From assembly GCA_046881885.1 (NCBI GenBank), contig JBKSMP010000013.1, positions 1 through 19,588 of the forward strand: 19,588 bases of DNA. The letters run 5' to 3'. Below the pieces are notes generated by a model that worked only from the letters and a program-made list of their open reading frames with translations, was not told the origin of the DNA and did no database searches. Numbering within the stretch: position 1 is the stretch's first letter; every line of letters starts with the position of its first letter. Positions 1 through 8,379 of this stretch are shown piece by piece. The DNA comes from Opitutales bacterium (GTDB lineage Bacteria; Verrucomicrobiota; Verrucomicrobiia; Opitutales; UBA9783). Position numbers and translations under genes: made by a program.

Positions 1-183
1 TTGTTCTTCGACGAGGAGTCGGATATTTGTCTCCAAGTTCGTTCGTTTTTCTTCCTCAACGATGGCGTTGAAGTTGAAAAAGTGCGAAACTTTTCCCCAG
101 TTAATCGTGTCCGCATGGACGTTTGTACTAAATGGACGGATGGCCATCCATGCCATAGCAAGTATCTTGCAAGGTGTGTTCAT
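1..183 (-). CDS. Hypothetical protein, N-terminal 61 codons only (gene continues beyond the left edge)
   Basis: Not in the supplied track, presumably because it is below the length cutoff. Reading the reverse complement from ATG 183-181, the frame stays open to base 1: MNTPCKILAMAWMAIRPFSTNVHADTINWGKVSHFFNFNAIVEEEKRTNLETNIRLLVEEQ. An AGGA motif (minus strand, 193-190) lies 6 nt upstream of the ATG. By hand count about two thirds of first codon positions are purine, against about half for the antisense + ORF 1..195. The GAA/AAA/TTT codon choice resembles the neighbouring genes. No family recognised. Confidence 0.4.
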   Translation of the reverse strand, partial: MNTPCKILAMAWMAIRPFSTNVHADTINWGKVSHFFNFNAIVEEEKRTNLETNIRLLVEEQ

Positions 184-669
184 AAGTTGTCCTAGTGTTA
201 AGATTAAGTTAAAAAGCTAAAGTCTGAGTGTCTTAATTAACGTATTTTAAGATAAACAAAGGGGTTTTGGCCTTTCTTTAGGGGAAGAAAAGTCGTGTTC
301 GTTTTCAAGGTCCAATATCCAAGGTCCGCAGATATCGTCTTTTTTCCGACCGCAGACGGGGCGACTCGAAGCCTCCCTAGTTTTTAGTGTTTTTCGCACC
401 TTCATTTTGAGTGTCATCACTATTTTAATTCTATTAAAATTAAAATTGCTTGTAAAGGAAAATTCTTAAACCTTCTTGTATAAAGTTTTACCACAAATAT
501 TTTTTGGAAGCATAAAAACACTCTTTTTTGGGTTCTTGTTTTTTTAAACCTGTTTTATTATAAATCTTTATTGTCCTCATTGTAAATAGTCTTCAAGTAG
601 ACGCGTACATTCCCAAACTTAGGAGTTGCAATCTAAGCGAATTATGTCATCTTAGGAGCATACGAAAGC

Positions 670-3237
670 ATGAAAGCAAAAACAGCGTCCTACGATTTTA
701 AAGTTATAGAAGCCCATTGGCAAAGTTTTTGGAAAGAACAAAATACATTTAAGGCTATTCCGGAAGAAAATAAGCCTAAATATTGGATTTTGGATATGTT
801 TCCCTACCCTTCTGGAGCCGGCTTACATGTTGGACATATCGAAGGGTATACTGCAACAGATATCTTAGGTCGTTACAAAAAAGCTTGCGGTTTTAATGTT
901 TTACATCCAATGGGTTGGGATGCATTTGGCTTGCCTGCAGAACAGCACGCTATCGCTACGGGTTTGCATCCTTCGGTAAATACCGAAAATAATATTGAAA
1001 ATTTCAAGAAACAAATGAGCCGTATAGGCCTCGGTATTGATTGGAATCGCGAGATTAATACGACCGACCCAAACTATTATCGTTGGACGCAATGGATCTT
1101 TTTGCAACTTTTCAAAAAAGGTCTTGCCTATATTGACAACAAACCGGTTTGGTGGTGTCCGCAACTCGGTACGGTTTTAGCGAATGAGGAAGTTATCGAT
1201 GGACGTTCGGAACGTGGCAATTACCCTGTTGAACGTAAAGCATTACGTCAATGGGTACTCAAAATTACAGCCTACGGCGAAAAACTGCTAGAAGGTTTAA
1301 AGGATTTGGATTGGCCAGAAGCTACCAAACGTCAACAAACAATCTGGATTGGACGTTCCGAAGGCGGCATTGTAAACTTTGAAACAGAAATGGGAAGTTC
1401 GCTAGAAGTGTTCACAACACGTCCAGATACTTTATTTGGCGTTTCTTTCATCGCGCTTGCTCCTGAACATCCGCTTGTCGATTCACTCGCTAAAGAAATT
1501 GATGCAATAAAAGCTTATCGAAATGAAATTGCAGCCAAGAGCGATCTAGAACGTACCGATTTAGCTAAAAATAAAACCGGTGTATTTACAGGAAGTTATG
1601 CCCTACATCCCTTAACAGGCGAAAGAATCCCGATTTGGGTAGCCGACTACGTTTTAATGCATCATGGAACTGGAGCCATCATGGGGGTTCCCGCACATGA
1701 CAGTCGTGATTACGAATTTGCACAAACCTACCAATTACCCATCAAACCGGTCTTAACAAATGATGAAGAAACACCGCTACCCTTCGCAGAAGGCAAGCGT
1801 TTAATTCATTCAGGAGCCTTTTCTGACCTAAGTCCGAAAGAAGCCAGCAAAGCCATTTTGCAAAAATTGAAACAAAGCCATAAAGGAAGTGTAACCACAC
1901 AATATAAATTGCATGATTGGCTCTTTTCTCGGCAACGGTATTGGGGAGAACCGTTCCCCATTATTTGGGTTAATGAGGCTGATTATCGCAAATTAGAGGC
2001 TTGCTCAAGCTCACCCTTCAAAGAGTTTTTACCTGCAAATCCAATTTATTATACCGAAGGCGAGCAAACCTATTACGCCGTTCCTTTAGCCTCACAACAT
2101 CTTCCATTGGAATTGCCACCAGTAAGCTCTTACAAAACAGCAGAAGGTTCCACAACACCTTTACAAAACGCCGATAAATCTTGGTTGCATGTTCGTTTAA
2201 ATCTAAAAACAGGTACCATAGAACCAGCCACTGGTGAACTATCCGACGAATGGATTGAAGGCACACGTGAAACAAATACCATGCCTCAATGGGCAGGCTC
2301 GTGTTGGTATTATTTACGATATTTATCTCCCAAATTTAATGAAGCCTTTGTAGACCAAAAAGAGCTCAATTATTGGCAGTGTCCCGATCTTTATGTAGGA
2401 GGAGCCGAACACGCCGTTCTGCACTTATTATACGCACGTTTTTGGCATCATTTCCTACACGATCTTGGTCTTTTGCCTACAGCAGAACCGTTTAAAAAGT
2501 TGTTTCATCCAGGCATTATTTTAGGACCTGACGGCAATAAAATGTCGAAATCTCTCGGCAACGTCATCAATCCTAATACGATTATTGATGAATATGGTGC
2601 GGATACGCTGCGCATGTACGAAATGTTCCTAGGCCCATTAGAAGCTTCAAAACCTTGGAGCCTACAAAATGTCGAAGGAATTTTTAGATTTTTAAAGAAA
2701 ATTTGGCGCGAGTACATTAGTATCGATGGCTCTGTAGCAGAAAAGATTACAAACGAAACGGATCCTACAGAATTGGAGCGATTGGTGCATGAAACCATTT
2801 CGAAAGTCACAGATGCTCTTGAAAATCTGCGTTTTAATACTGGTATTTCGCAATTAATGATCTGCCTTAATGGCTTCCAGAAATACGAAAAGCTTTCTCG
2901 AACCTCAGCCAAAATCTTTTTGCAGTTATTGGCACCCTTTGCCCCACATATTGCAGAAGAATTGTGGGAACGTTTAGGAGGAACGACATCGATTATTGAA
3001 GCTGGATGGCCTCAATTTGATGCTAAAAAATTGGTTCGCTCGCAGACGAAAATTGTTATTCAAGTCAATGGTAAATTACGCGATGAAATTGAAATGGAGG
3101 CAGACGCTTCTCAAGAAGCCATTTTAAAAGCCGCAGCGCAAGCTCCCAAAGTTATTCCCTATTTAGAGCAAGGGCAAGTTGTTAAATCCATTTATGTACC
3201 ACAAAAGCTTGTCAATTTCGTCGTAAGGCCAAAATGA
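670..3237 (+). CDS. leuS: Leucine--tRNA ligase (LeuRS)
   Basis: 855-aa ORF. It has the class I HIGH signature (PYPSGAGLHVGHIEGY) and the KMSKS loop (GNKMSKSLGN). LeuRS-typical blocks are present: WDAFGLPAEQHAI, TTRPDTLFG and MGVPAHDSRDYEFA (CP1 editing domain), RQRYWGEPFP, TMPQWAGSCWYYLRY. AGGAG at 654-658 lies 11 nt upstream of ATG 670. Confidence 0.97.
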   Translation: MKAKTASYDFKVIEAHWQSFWKEQNTFKAIPEENKPKYWILDMFPYPSGAGLHVGHIEGYTATDILGRYKKACGFNVLHPMGWDAFGLPAEQHAIATGLHPSVNTENNIENFKKQMSRIGLGIDWNREINTTDPNYYRWTQWIFLQLFKKGLAYIDNKPVWWCPQLGTVLANEEVIDGRSERGNYPVERKALRQWVLKITAYGEKLLEGLKDLDWPEATKRQQTIWIGRSEGGIVNFETEMGSSLEVFTTRPDTLFGVSFIALAPEHPLVDSLAKEIDAIKAYRNEIAAKSDLERTDLAKNKTGVFTGSYALHPLTGERIPIWVADYVLMHHGTGAIMGVPAHDSRDYEFAQTYQLPIKPVLTNDEETPLPFAEGKRLIHSGAFSDLSPKEASKAILQKLKQSHKGSVTTQYKLHDWLFSRQRYWGEPFPIIWVNEADYRKLEACSSSPFKEFLPANPIYYTEGEQTYYAVPLASQHLPLELPPVSSYKTAEGSTTPLQNADKSWLHVRLNLKTGTIEPATGELSDEWIEGTRETNTMPQWAGSCWYYLRYLSPKFNEAFVDQKELNYWQCPDLYVGGAEHAVLHLLYARFWHHFLHDLGLLPTAEPFKKLFHPGIILGPDGNKMSKSLGNVINPNTIIDEYGADTLRMYEMFLGPLEASKPWSLQNVEGIFRFLKKIWREYISIDGSVAEKITNETDPTELERLVHETISKVTDALENLRFNTGISQLMICLNGFQKYEKLSRTSAKIFLQLLAPFAPHIAEELWERLGGTTSIIEAGWPQFDAKKLVRSQTKIVIQVNGKLRDEIEMEADASQEAILKAAAQAPKVIPYLEQGQVVKSIYVPQKLVNFVVRPK

Positions 3238-4064
3238 ATTTTTTACCTAAAGACTTTGATACGCAGCAATCGATCGTCCTTCTCGCAGGGAAAGGAATGT
3301 ATCCTCAACTTGTTTGGGAACGTTTATCTAAAACTTGCCCGAATGCTTCCCTCTTTTGTTTTGAAGAAGAGGTAAAATCTTGGGCTGAACAAACAGCTCA
3401 AGGGCAACATTCGTTTTTCTCCATCGGACAAGTTGGAACTTGGCTAAAAGCCTTAAAAAAGTGTTCTGCACGTTACGTTTTGCTTGCCGGGCAAATTACA
3501 CCGAAAAAACTCTTCCAAGGCCTTAATCCAGATCTAAAAGCCATTTTATTATTGGCTTCTTTAAAAGAAAAAAATGCTTCCACTATTTTTGGAGCTCTTA
3601 TCAAAGAAATTGAAAAATTGGACATTAGGGTTTTGGATGCACGTTGCTTTTTGGAAGACCAATTGGCAAGTCCTGGAAATTTAACAAAAACATCGGCAAA
3701 ACTTGATCCCGAGCAGCTTCAAAAAAGCATCGATATTTGCAAACAAATTGCCGCTTTAGATGTAGGTCAAGGGATTGTCGTCAGTAATGGGACGGTTATT
3801 GCAGTAGAAGCATTTGAAGGAACAGATGCCATGATTGAACGTGCCGGAACCCTTTGCAAACGCCCCATGGGACTCATAAAACTAGCCAAACAAACACAAG
3901 ATTTCCGTTTTGATGTTCCCGTTTTTGGACCAAGAACGTTAAAAAAAATGATGGAATCCGGCCTTACTTGGGCTGCACTTGAAAGTCATCGTACACTTAT
4001 TTTAGAAAAAGAACGTGTTTTAGAAGAAGCAGATCGACAAAATATCGCTATTTTTGGATTTTAA
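3234..4064 (+). CDS. lpxI: UDP-2,3-diacylglucosamine hydrolase, LpxI family (formerly DUF1009)
   Basis: 276-aa ORF whose ATG overlaps the leuS stop (ATGA, 3234-3237). The N-terminus has IVLLAGKGMYP. The C-terminal domain has LDVGQGIVVSNGTVIAVEAFEGTDAMIERAG and QDFRFDVPVFGPRTL, followed by a WAALESHRTLILEKE segment. This matches my memory of the LpxI consensus (DIGQ..VV..G.VlAvEa.EGTD.ml.R ... QD.R.DlPtIG..T ... iave.g..l.ld). No search was run. Confidence 0.8.
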   Translation: MNFLPKDFDTQQSIVLLAGKGMYPQLVWERLSKTCPNASLFCFEEEVKSWAEQTAQGQHSFFSIGQVGTWLKALKKCSARYVLLAGQITPKKLFQGLNPDLKAILLLASLKEKNASTIFGALIKEIEKLDIRVLDARCFLEDQLASPGNLTKTSAKLDPEQLQKSIDICKQIAALDVGQGIVVSNGTVIAVEAFEGTDAMIERAGTLCKRPMGLIKLAKQTQDFRFDVPVFGPRTLKKMMESGLTWAALESHRTLILEKERVLEEADRQNIAIFGF

Positions 4065-4897
4065 TGAACAAAATCATTACTACGCATTCTTGGAAGGAAG
4101 TTGATACAATCTGCCAAGAAGCGGATCTTGATACATGGGTTATTTGGGACGTCGATAATACTTTGCTTTTTGCCGATGATACGGTTTTTGGATGCCACAT
4201 AGATGCTTACAAAACGCATACAAACCTTATTGAACAGTATGAGCAATCCCACTCAAACGAAACCAACATACCTAAATATGTAAAAAACTTGTTTTATCGT
4301 ATTCGTAGTCATTTACCTTTTCAACTTACTCATTCACATACAATTCAAACGATTCAAGCTTTGCAAAAACGCTCTATCACAACCTTTGCCCTTACTTTTT
4401 TATTTGTTTACACAGAAGAAAAAGACTATATTTCTTGGCGACAACACCAATTTGCGTCTTTAGGAATTGATTTCTCGCGCTGTCTCAATCAACAAGCACG
4501 ATTGGAATTTCCTGAACTTAAAGATTGTTTTCCTGATATTACTGCACCATCCATAGGATACCCTATTTATGAAAATGGAGTTTTTTATACCCATCATCAC
4601 CCTAAAGGTCTCTGCTTAACGCAATTTATGAAACGTATACAAAAATTTCCTAAAAAAATAATTTTTATCGATGATGCGGAACACTATTTAAATCAAGTTA
4701 AACAAGCAACCCAAGACTTGAATATTGCCTTTCAAGGCGTTCGTTATTTAAGCGAAAAGCAAACTGACCAGCAAGATCCTAAACTTATTGAAAAATGGAA
4801 ATGTTTTCGTTCTTCGCAAATTTGGGTAAATGAATCTGTTACCACACCTCATAAAAGCCAAAAAATTCTTATTCCCAATCTCAGCAAAAAATCCTAA
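4064..4897 (+). CDS. HAD-superfamily-like hydrolase of unknown specificity
   Basis: 277-aa ORF whose ATG overlaps the lpxI stop by one base (TAATG). HAD motif I is present as DxDxT (VIWDVDNTLLF). Candidate motif II is a Thr after a hydrophobic strand (TTFALT), candidate motif III a Lys (HHPKG), and motif IV an acidic pair after a hydrophobic strand (KIIFIDDAEHY). There is no signal peptide or TM segment. From memory it may correspond to a HAD-like DUF family seen in intracellular bacteria; this is unverified. Confidence 0.6.
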   Translation: MNKIITTHSWKEVDTICQEADLDTWVIWDVDNTLLFADDTVFGCHIDAYKTHTNLIEQYEQSHSNETNIPKYVKNLFYRIRSHLPFQLTHSHTIQTIQALQKRSITTFALTFLFVYTEEKDYISWRQHQFASLGIDFSRCLNQQARLEFPELKDCFPDITAPSIGYPIYENGVFYTHHHPKGLCLTQFMKRIQKFPKKIIFIDDAEHYLNQVKQATQDLNIAFQGVRYLSEKQTDQQDPKLIEKWKCFRSSQIWVNESVTTPHKSQKILIPNLSKKS

Positions 4898-4905
4898 ACA
4901 ACTAC

Positions 4906-5793
4906 TCATAAAACCCTCCTACAGTTTAATACAGATAAGTTTTTATCTTTAACTTCTAGCATGATATCTAAATCTAAATGCTTGATGGTTTCGTAAAACG
5001 TTTTAAACGAATCCACATCGATCGTATCCGAATGTGCACCTGTTTTACCACCCAATTTTTGTTGAGAGTAATGGATTTTCTGTCTGCCATCCGTTGTAAA
5101 ATTCCAAGTCTTTCGTGCTTTACAAATCCAATCCACATCTGAAAATTTTTGATCTCTTGGAAGATTTATTTGATGATGTAAAACATCAAAAACAACAGGA
5201 ACGTGTACCTGAGAACTTAATGTCAGTACATCTTTTATTGTATAATTTTTCTCATCATTTTCCAAAACAATTCTGGCTTTTACCCCATCTTCTAAGTACT
5301 GAAAATGCTTTACAAAGCGCTCCATAGCTTGTGGCTTATCCTTATAAATTCCACCAATATGCAGTACAACTTTTGACGTAGAATCGACTTTTAAGGCATC
5401 CAAAAAATGAGCATGCCAAGTAATTTCTCGTATCGATTGCTCCACAATAGCCTCGTTTAACGCATTTAAAACGGTATATTGCCCAGGATGCATGGACACT
5501 CTTATTCCTGTTTTCCGAATAAAATTACCAATAAATTTTAAACGACTACGAAAAATTTCTTGCCAATTAAATGCTTTTTCTGGATGTGAAGCAAACGGAA
5601 TCATATCTGAACCTATACGTACAAGATAAATTTGATTTTTAGCGCAATACTTAACCATTCTTTCCAAATAAAACAGATTATTTTCCGTTAACTTTATCAA
5701 ATGTTTCGTACTTGCATTTTTCAAAATACAGGTATGCATTTTAGGAAAACCAGGTTCACCCAAAACTCTACATGCAAATCCTAATCTACACAT
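4906..5793 (-). CDS. uvdE: UV damage endonuclease (UvdE/UvsE family)
   Basis: 295-aa ORF. It is collinear with my memory of the family blocks in B. subtilis UvsE: RLGFAC at the N-terminus, IPFASHPE, SMHPGQYTVLN, VVLHIGGIYKDK, VLENDEKNYT, VPVVFDVLHH, KIHYSQQK...GAHSD, DIMLEVKDKNLSVL. AAGGGA lies 5 nt upstream of ATG 5793. Confidence 0.9.
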   Translation of the reverse strand: MCRLGFACRVLGEPGFPKMHTCILKNASTKHLIKLTENNLFYLERMVKYCAKNQIYLVRIGSDMIPFASHPEKAFNWQEIFRSRLKFIGNFIRKTGIRVSMHPGQYTVLNALNEAIVEQSIREITWHAHFLDALKVDSTSKVVLHIGGIYKDKPQAMERFVKHFQYLEDGVKARIVLENDEKNYTIKDVLTLSSQVHVPVVFDVLHHQINLPRDQKFSDVDWICKARKTWNFTTDGRQKIHYSQQKLGGKTGAHSDTIDVDSFKTFYETIKHLDLDIMLEVKDKNLSVLNCRRVL

Positions 5794-5958
5794 AAATTTC
5801 CCTTCAAGACCTAGATAAGATAAAAAATATTATCTCAAAAGAAAAATTTTAAAGAAATTTATTAGTCATTTGAAAAATTTTCGAAATATAAATTCTCCAA
5901 AATGCAGTTTTAATGCAACTTAACAAGGTTTTCCGACTTTATAGGATATTTTATACTT

Positions 5959-8379
5959 CTACAGCTTCCAAATATCATCGACATAATTGCGTATGGTACG
6001 ATCGCTGGAGAAATAGCCCAAACGTGCAGTATTAAAGAGGGCTTTTTGCGTCCAACGGCGTGTTTGCAAGTAGTTTGCTTCAACTTTTTGTTGAGTTTTG
6101 CAATAAGAGGCAAAATCTGCAAGTACAAAAAATGGATCGCCTCCATCGAGTAAGCTGTTGCGAATCATACGCATCGGATTATGACCGTTTTGCATAAAGA
6201 AGTCAGATTGCATCCAATCAAGAAGGGATTTTAGTTCTGGGTTAGAATGATAGATTGTGTAAGGATTATAACCAGAATAAGCAAGTTGTTCGATTTGCTC
6301 GACGGTTTCACCAAAGATAAAGATATTTTCAGGGCCTACGCACTCCATAATTTCGACATTAGCCCCATCCAAGGTTCCGATCGTACAGGCACCATTGAGG
6401 CCAAGTTTCATGTTTCCAGTACCAGAGGCTTCTTTACCAGCAGTCGAAATCTGTTCCGATAAATCTGCTGCTGGTATGATTTTTCCGGCCAATGTTATTC
6501 CATAATTAGGTAAGAATACGATTTTCAAAGCATCCTTAATGCGTTTGTCGTTATTAACATGATGCGCAAGTAGATTGATACCATGAATAATTTCCTTGGC
6601 CAAATGATACTCAGGAGCAGCTTTGGCAGAAAAGATAACCACACGCTTAAAATCCGTTGATTTTTTGCCATGAAGTAAATCCGAATAAAGCTTTAAACAA
6701 TGTAGCAAATTCAAGTGTTGACGTTTGTATTCATGTAAACGCTTGATTTGCACATCAAAAAGTGCTTCAGGATCAACAGAAACTTGGCAGGTTTGTTCGA
6801 TAAATCGCGCCAAATTACATTTATTGGCCTTCTTAATGGCGACATACGATTGGAGAAAGGTATCGTTTTCAACCTGTTTTTCCAAACCACGCAATTGTTC
6901 CAGATCCGTTAGCCAATTTTCATTACCTAATGTTTCTGTAATTAAGCCTGCCAAACGTGGATTGATTGATTTGATCCACCGTCTTGGGGTTACGCCATTC
7001 GTTTTATTATTAAATTTCTTTGGATAAAGTTCATGAAATCCCGGGAAAAGTTTTGTTTTTAGAAGTTCTGTGTGTAATTTAGCAACACCATTAACCGAAA
7101 AGCTTGCAACGACAGAAAGATACGACATACGAACATATTGCGGATACCCTTCCTCTATGAGGGACAATTCTCGACGTTTTTCTACGTTTCCAGGCCATTT
7201 TTTATCAACTTCGTTTTCTAAAAACCAGGCATTAATTTCGTAAATAATTTGCAGATGTCTTGGCAAAACTTTTTCCATTAAGGGAACACTCCAACGCTCT
7301 AAGGCCTCTGGAAGAAGTGTGTGGTTGGTATAGGCAAAGGTCTTGCGACACAATTTCCAAGCTTGATCCCACGAAAGACCTTCTTCATCCATTAAAATGC
7401 GCATAAATTCCGGAATCGCAATTGCCGGATGTGTATCATTAAGCTGAATAACAGCTTTTTTAGGTAATTGATCCCAATTTTTATGATTTTGCTTATAACG
7501 TCTAAAAATATCTTTAAGGGAACAGGTTACGAAAAAGTATTGTTGTACTAAACGTAGCTCTTTACCGTTTTCTGTCTTATCATTAGGATATAAAACCTTC
7601 GAAATACTTTCCCCTTCGGCTTTCTCACGAACGGCTTCGATATAACCCCCTTCATTAAAGGTTTTTAGATCAAAATCTTCAGAAGCTCTTGATTCCCAAA
7701 GTCGTAAGAAGTTAATCGTCTTGCCATGATAGCCAACAATTGGAATGTCCCATGGAATCCCTAAGATGGTCTTAGTATCTACCCAACGAAATTGGACATC
7801 GCCCTTATCATTATAATGCTTTTCTAGGCGACCGTATAATTTAACTTCCTGCTTACGATCGGCACGCAAAAGGCGCCATGGATTGCCAAAGGTAAGCCAA
7901 TTATCTGGAAATTCTTCTTGGCGATTATGAATGATTTTCTGCTTAAAAAGGCCAAATTCATACAAAATACCATATCCAACCGCAGGATAATTAAGCGTTG
8001 CCAACGAATCTAAAAAGCAAGCGGCTAAGCGACCTAATCCGCCGTTTCCAAGTCCCATATCGACTTCTTCTTGGCGCAGATCTTCGTAATTTTGTCCAAA
8101 ATCCTTAAGTGCTTCCACCAATACATCTTTAAAATTTAGATTGTCGACATTGGTATTGAGCAAACGTCCCATTAGGTATTCGAGCGAGAAGTAATAGACA
8201 CGTTTTACGTCTTTTTTCTTCTGTTCTGCTTGATTGGCCGTTAACTGTTCTAAAATTTTATCATTAATCGCATAGCAACTTGCAAGCCACCAATCACGTG
8301 ATGTAGCACTTTGTGTATCACGGGCTAAAGTTTGATGCAAGTGGCGTTTAATGGCTGCTTTTAAAGCTTCTTTAGTCAT
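5959..8379 (-). CDS. glgP: Glycogen/maltodextrin phosphorylase (GT35)
   Basis: 806-aa ORF. It contains the pyridoxal-phosphate lysine block EASGTGNMKLGLNGACTIGTLDGANVE, plus YFSLEYLMGR, LGNGGLGRLAACFLDS, NDTHPAIAIPE and TNHTLLPEALE. Its ATG overlaps the glgB stop (ATGA on the minus strand, 8376-8379). Confidence 0.97.
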   Translation of the reverse strand: MTKEALKAAIKRHLHQTLARDTQSATSRDWWLASCYAINDKILEQLTANQAEQKKKDVKRVYYFSLEYLMGRLLNTNVDNLNFKDVLVEALKDFGQNYEDLRQEEVDMGLGNGGLGRLAACFLDSLATLNYPAVGYGILYEFGLFKQKIIHNRQEEFPDNWLTFGNPWRLLRADRKQEVKLYGRLEKHYNDKGDVQFRWVDTKTILGIPWDIPIVGYHGKTINFLRLWESRASEDFDLKTFNEGGYIEAVREKAEGESISKVLYPNDKTENGKELRLVQQYFFVTCSLKDIFRRYKQNHKNWDQLPKKAVIQLNDTHPAIAIPEFMRILMDEEGLSWDQAWKLCRKTFAYTNHTLLPEALERWSVPLMEKVLPRHLQIIYEINAWFLENEVDKKWPGNVEKRRELSLIEEGYPQYVRMSYLSVVASFSVNGVAKLHTELLKTKLFPGFHELYPKKFNNKTNGVTPRRWIKSINPRLAGLITETLGNENWLTDLEQLRGLEKQVENDTFLQSYVAIKKANKCNLARFIEQTCQVSVDPEALFDVQIKRLHEYKRQHLNLLHCLKLYSDLLHGKKSTDFKRVVIFSAKAAPEYHLAKEIIHGINLLAHHVNNDKRIKDALKIVFLPNYGITLAGKIIPAADLSEQISTAGKEASGTGNMKLGLNGACTIGTLDGANVEIMECVGPENIFIFGETVEQIEQLAYSGYNPYTIYHSNPELKSLLDWMQSDFFMQNGHNPMRMIRNSLLDGGDPFFVLADFASYCKTQQKVEANYLQTRRWTQKALFNTARLGYFSSDRTIRNYVDDIWKL

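Noticed and set aside
1-195. The + strand 64-codon ORF from the supplied track
   Set aside because: It starts at TTG at the very first base. Its composition is odd (FFF, and a Cys/His/Trp-rich tail) and its codon choice is atypical for the window. The antisense frame has an SD plus ATG and better coding statistics. It is kept only as the alternative to feature 1..183 (-).
355-380. A tRNA-like T-loop motif (minus strand GGCTTCGAGTCGCC)
   Set aside because: The flanking bases do not form a 5-bp T-stem, and no acceptor, D or anticodon arms can be built on either strand.
1140-2290. LeuRS differs from E. coli LeuRS. It has IDGRSERGNYPVERK where E. coli has the Cys-rich IDGCCWRCDTKVERK. It also has roughly 50 extra residues between RQRYWGEPFP and CWYY.
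   Set aside because: Loss of the zinc knuckle and variable insertions in this region are known lineage variation among bacterial LeuRS. By my recollection chlamydial enzymes look similar. There is no sign of a frameshift or domain loss.
901-2912. Minus-strand ORFs 901..1164, 2018..2275 and 2505..2912 inside leuS
   Set aside because: They lie entirely antisense to a confidently identified, conserved CDS. They have no SD or start context and their composition is low-complexity. They are shadow ORFs.
5846-5874. TTCAAA-17-TAAAAT on the minus strand upstream of uvdE, and similar near-consensus hexamer pairs upstream of leuS, glgB and the 214-aa ORF
   Set aside because: Matches of this quality arise frequently by chance in such AT-rich spacers. 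None has supporting features beyond position.
4061-7027. ORFs 4061..4252 (-), 5115..5327 (+), 5910..6146 (-), 6247..6462 (+) and 6725..7027 (+)
   Set aside because: Each is antisense to or out of frame with the HAD-like gene, uvdE or glgP. None has a recognisable motif or a ribosome-binding site.
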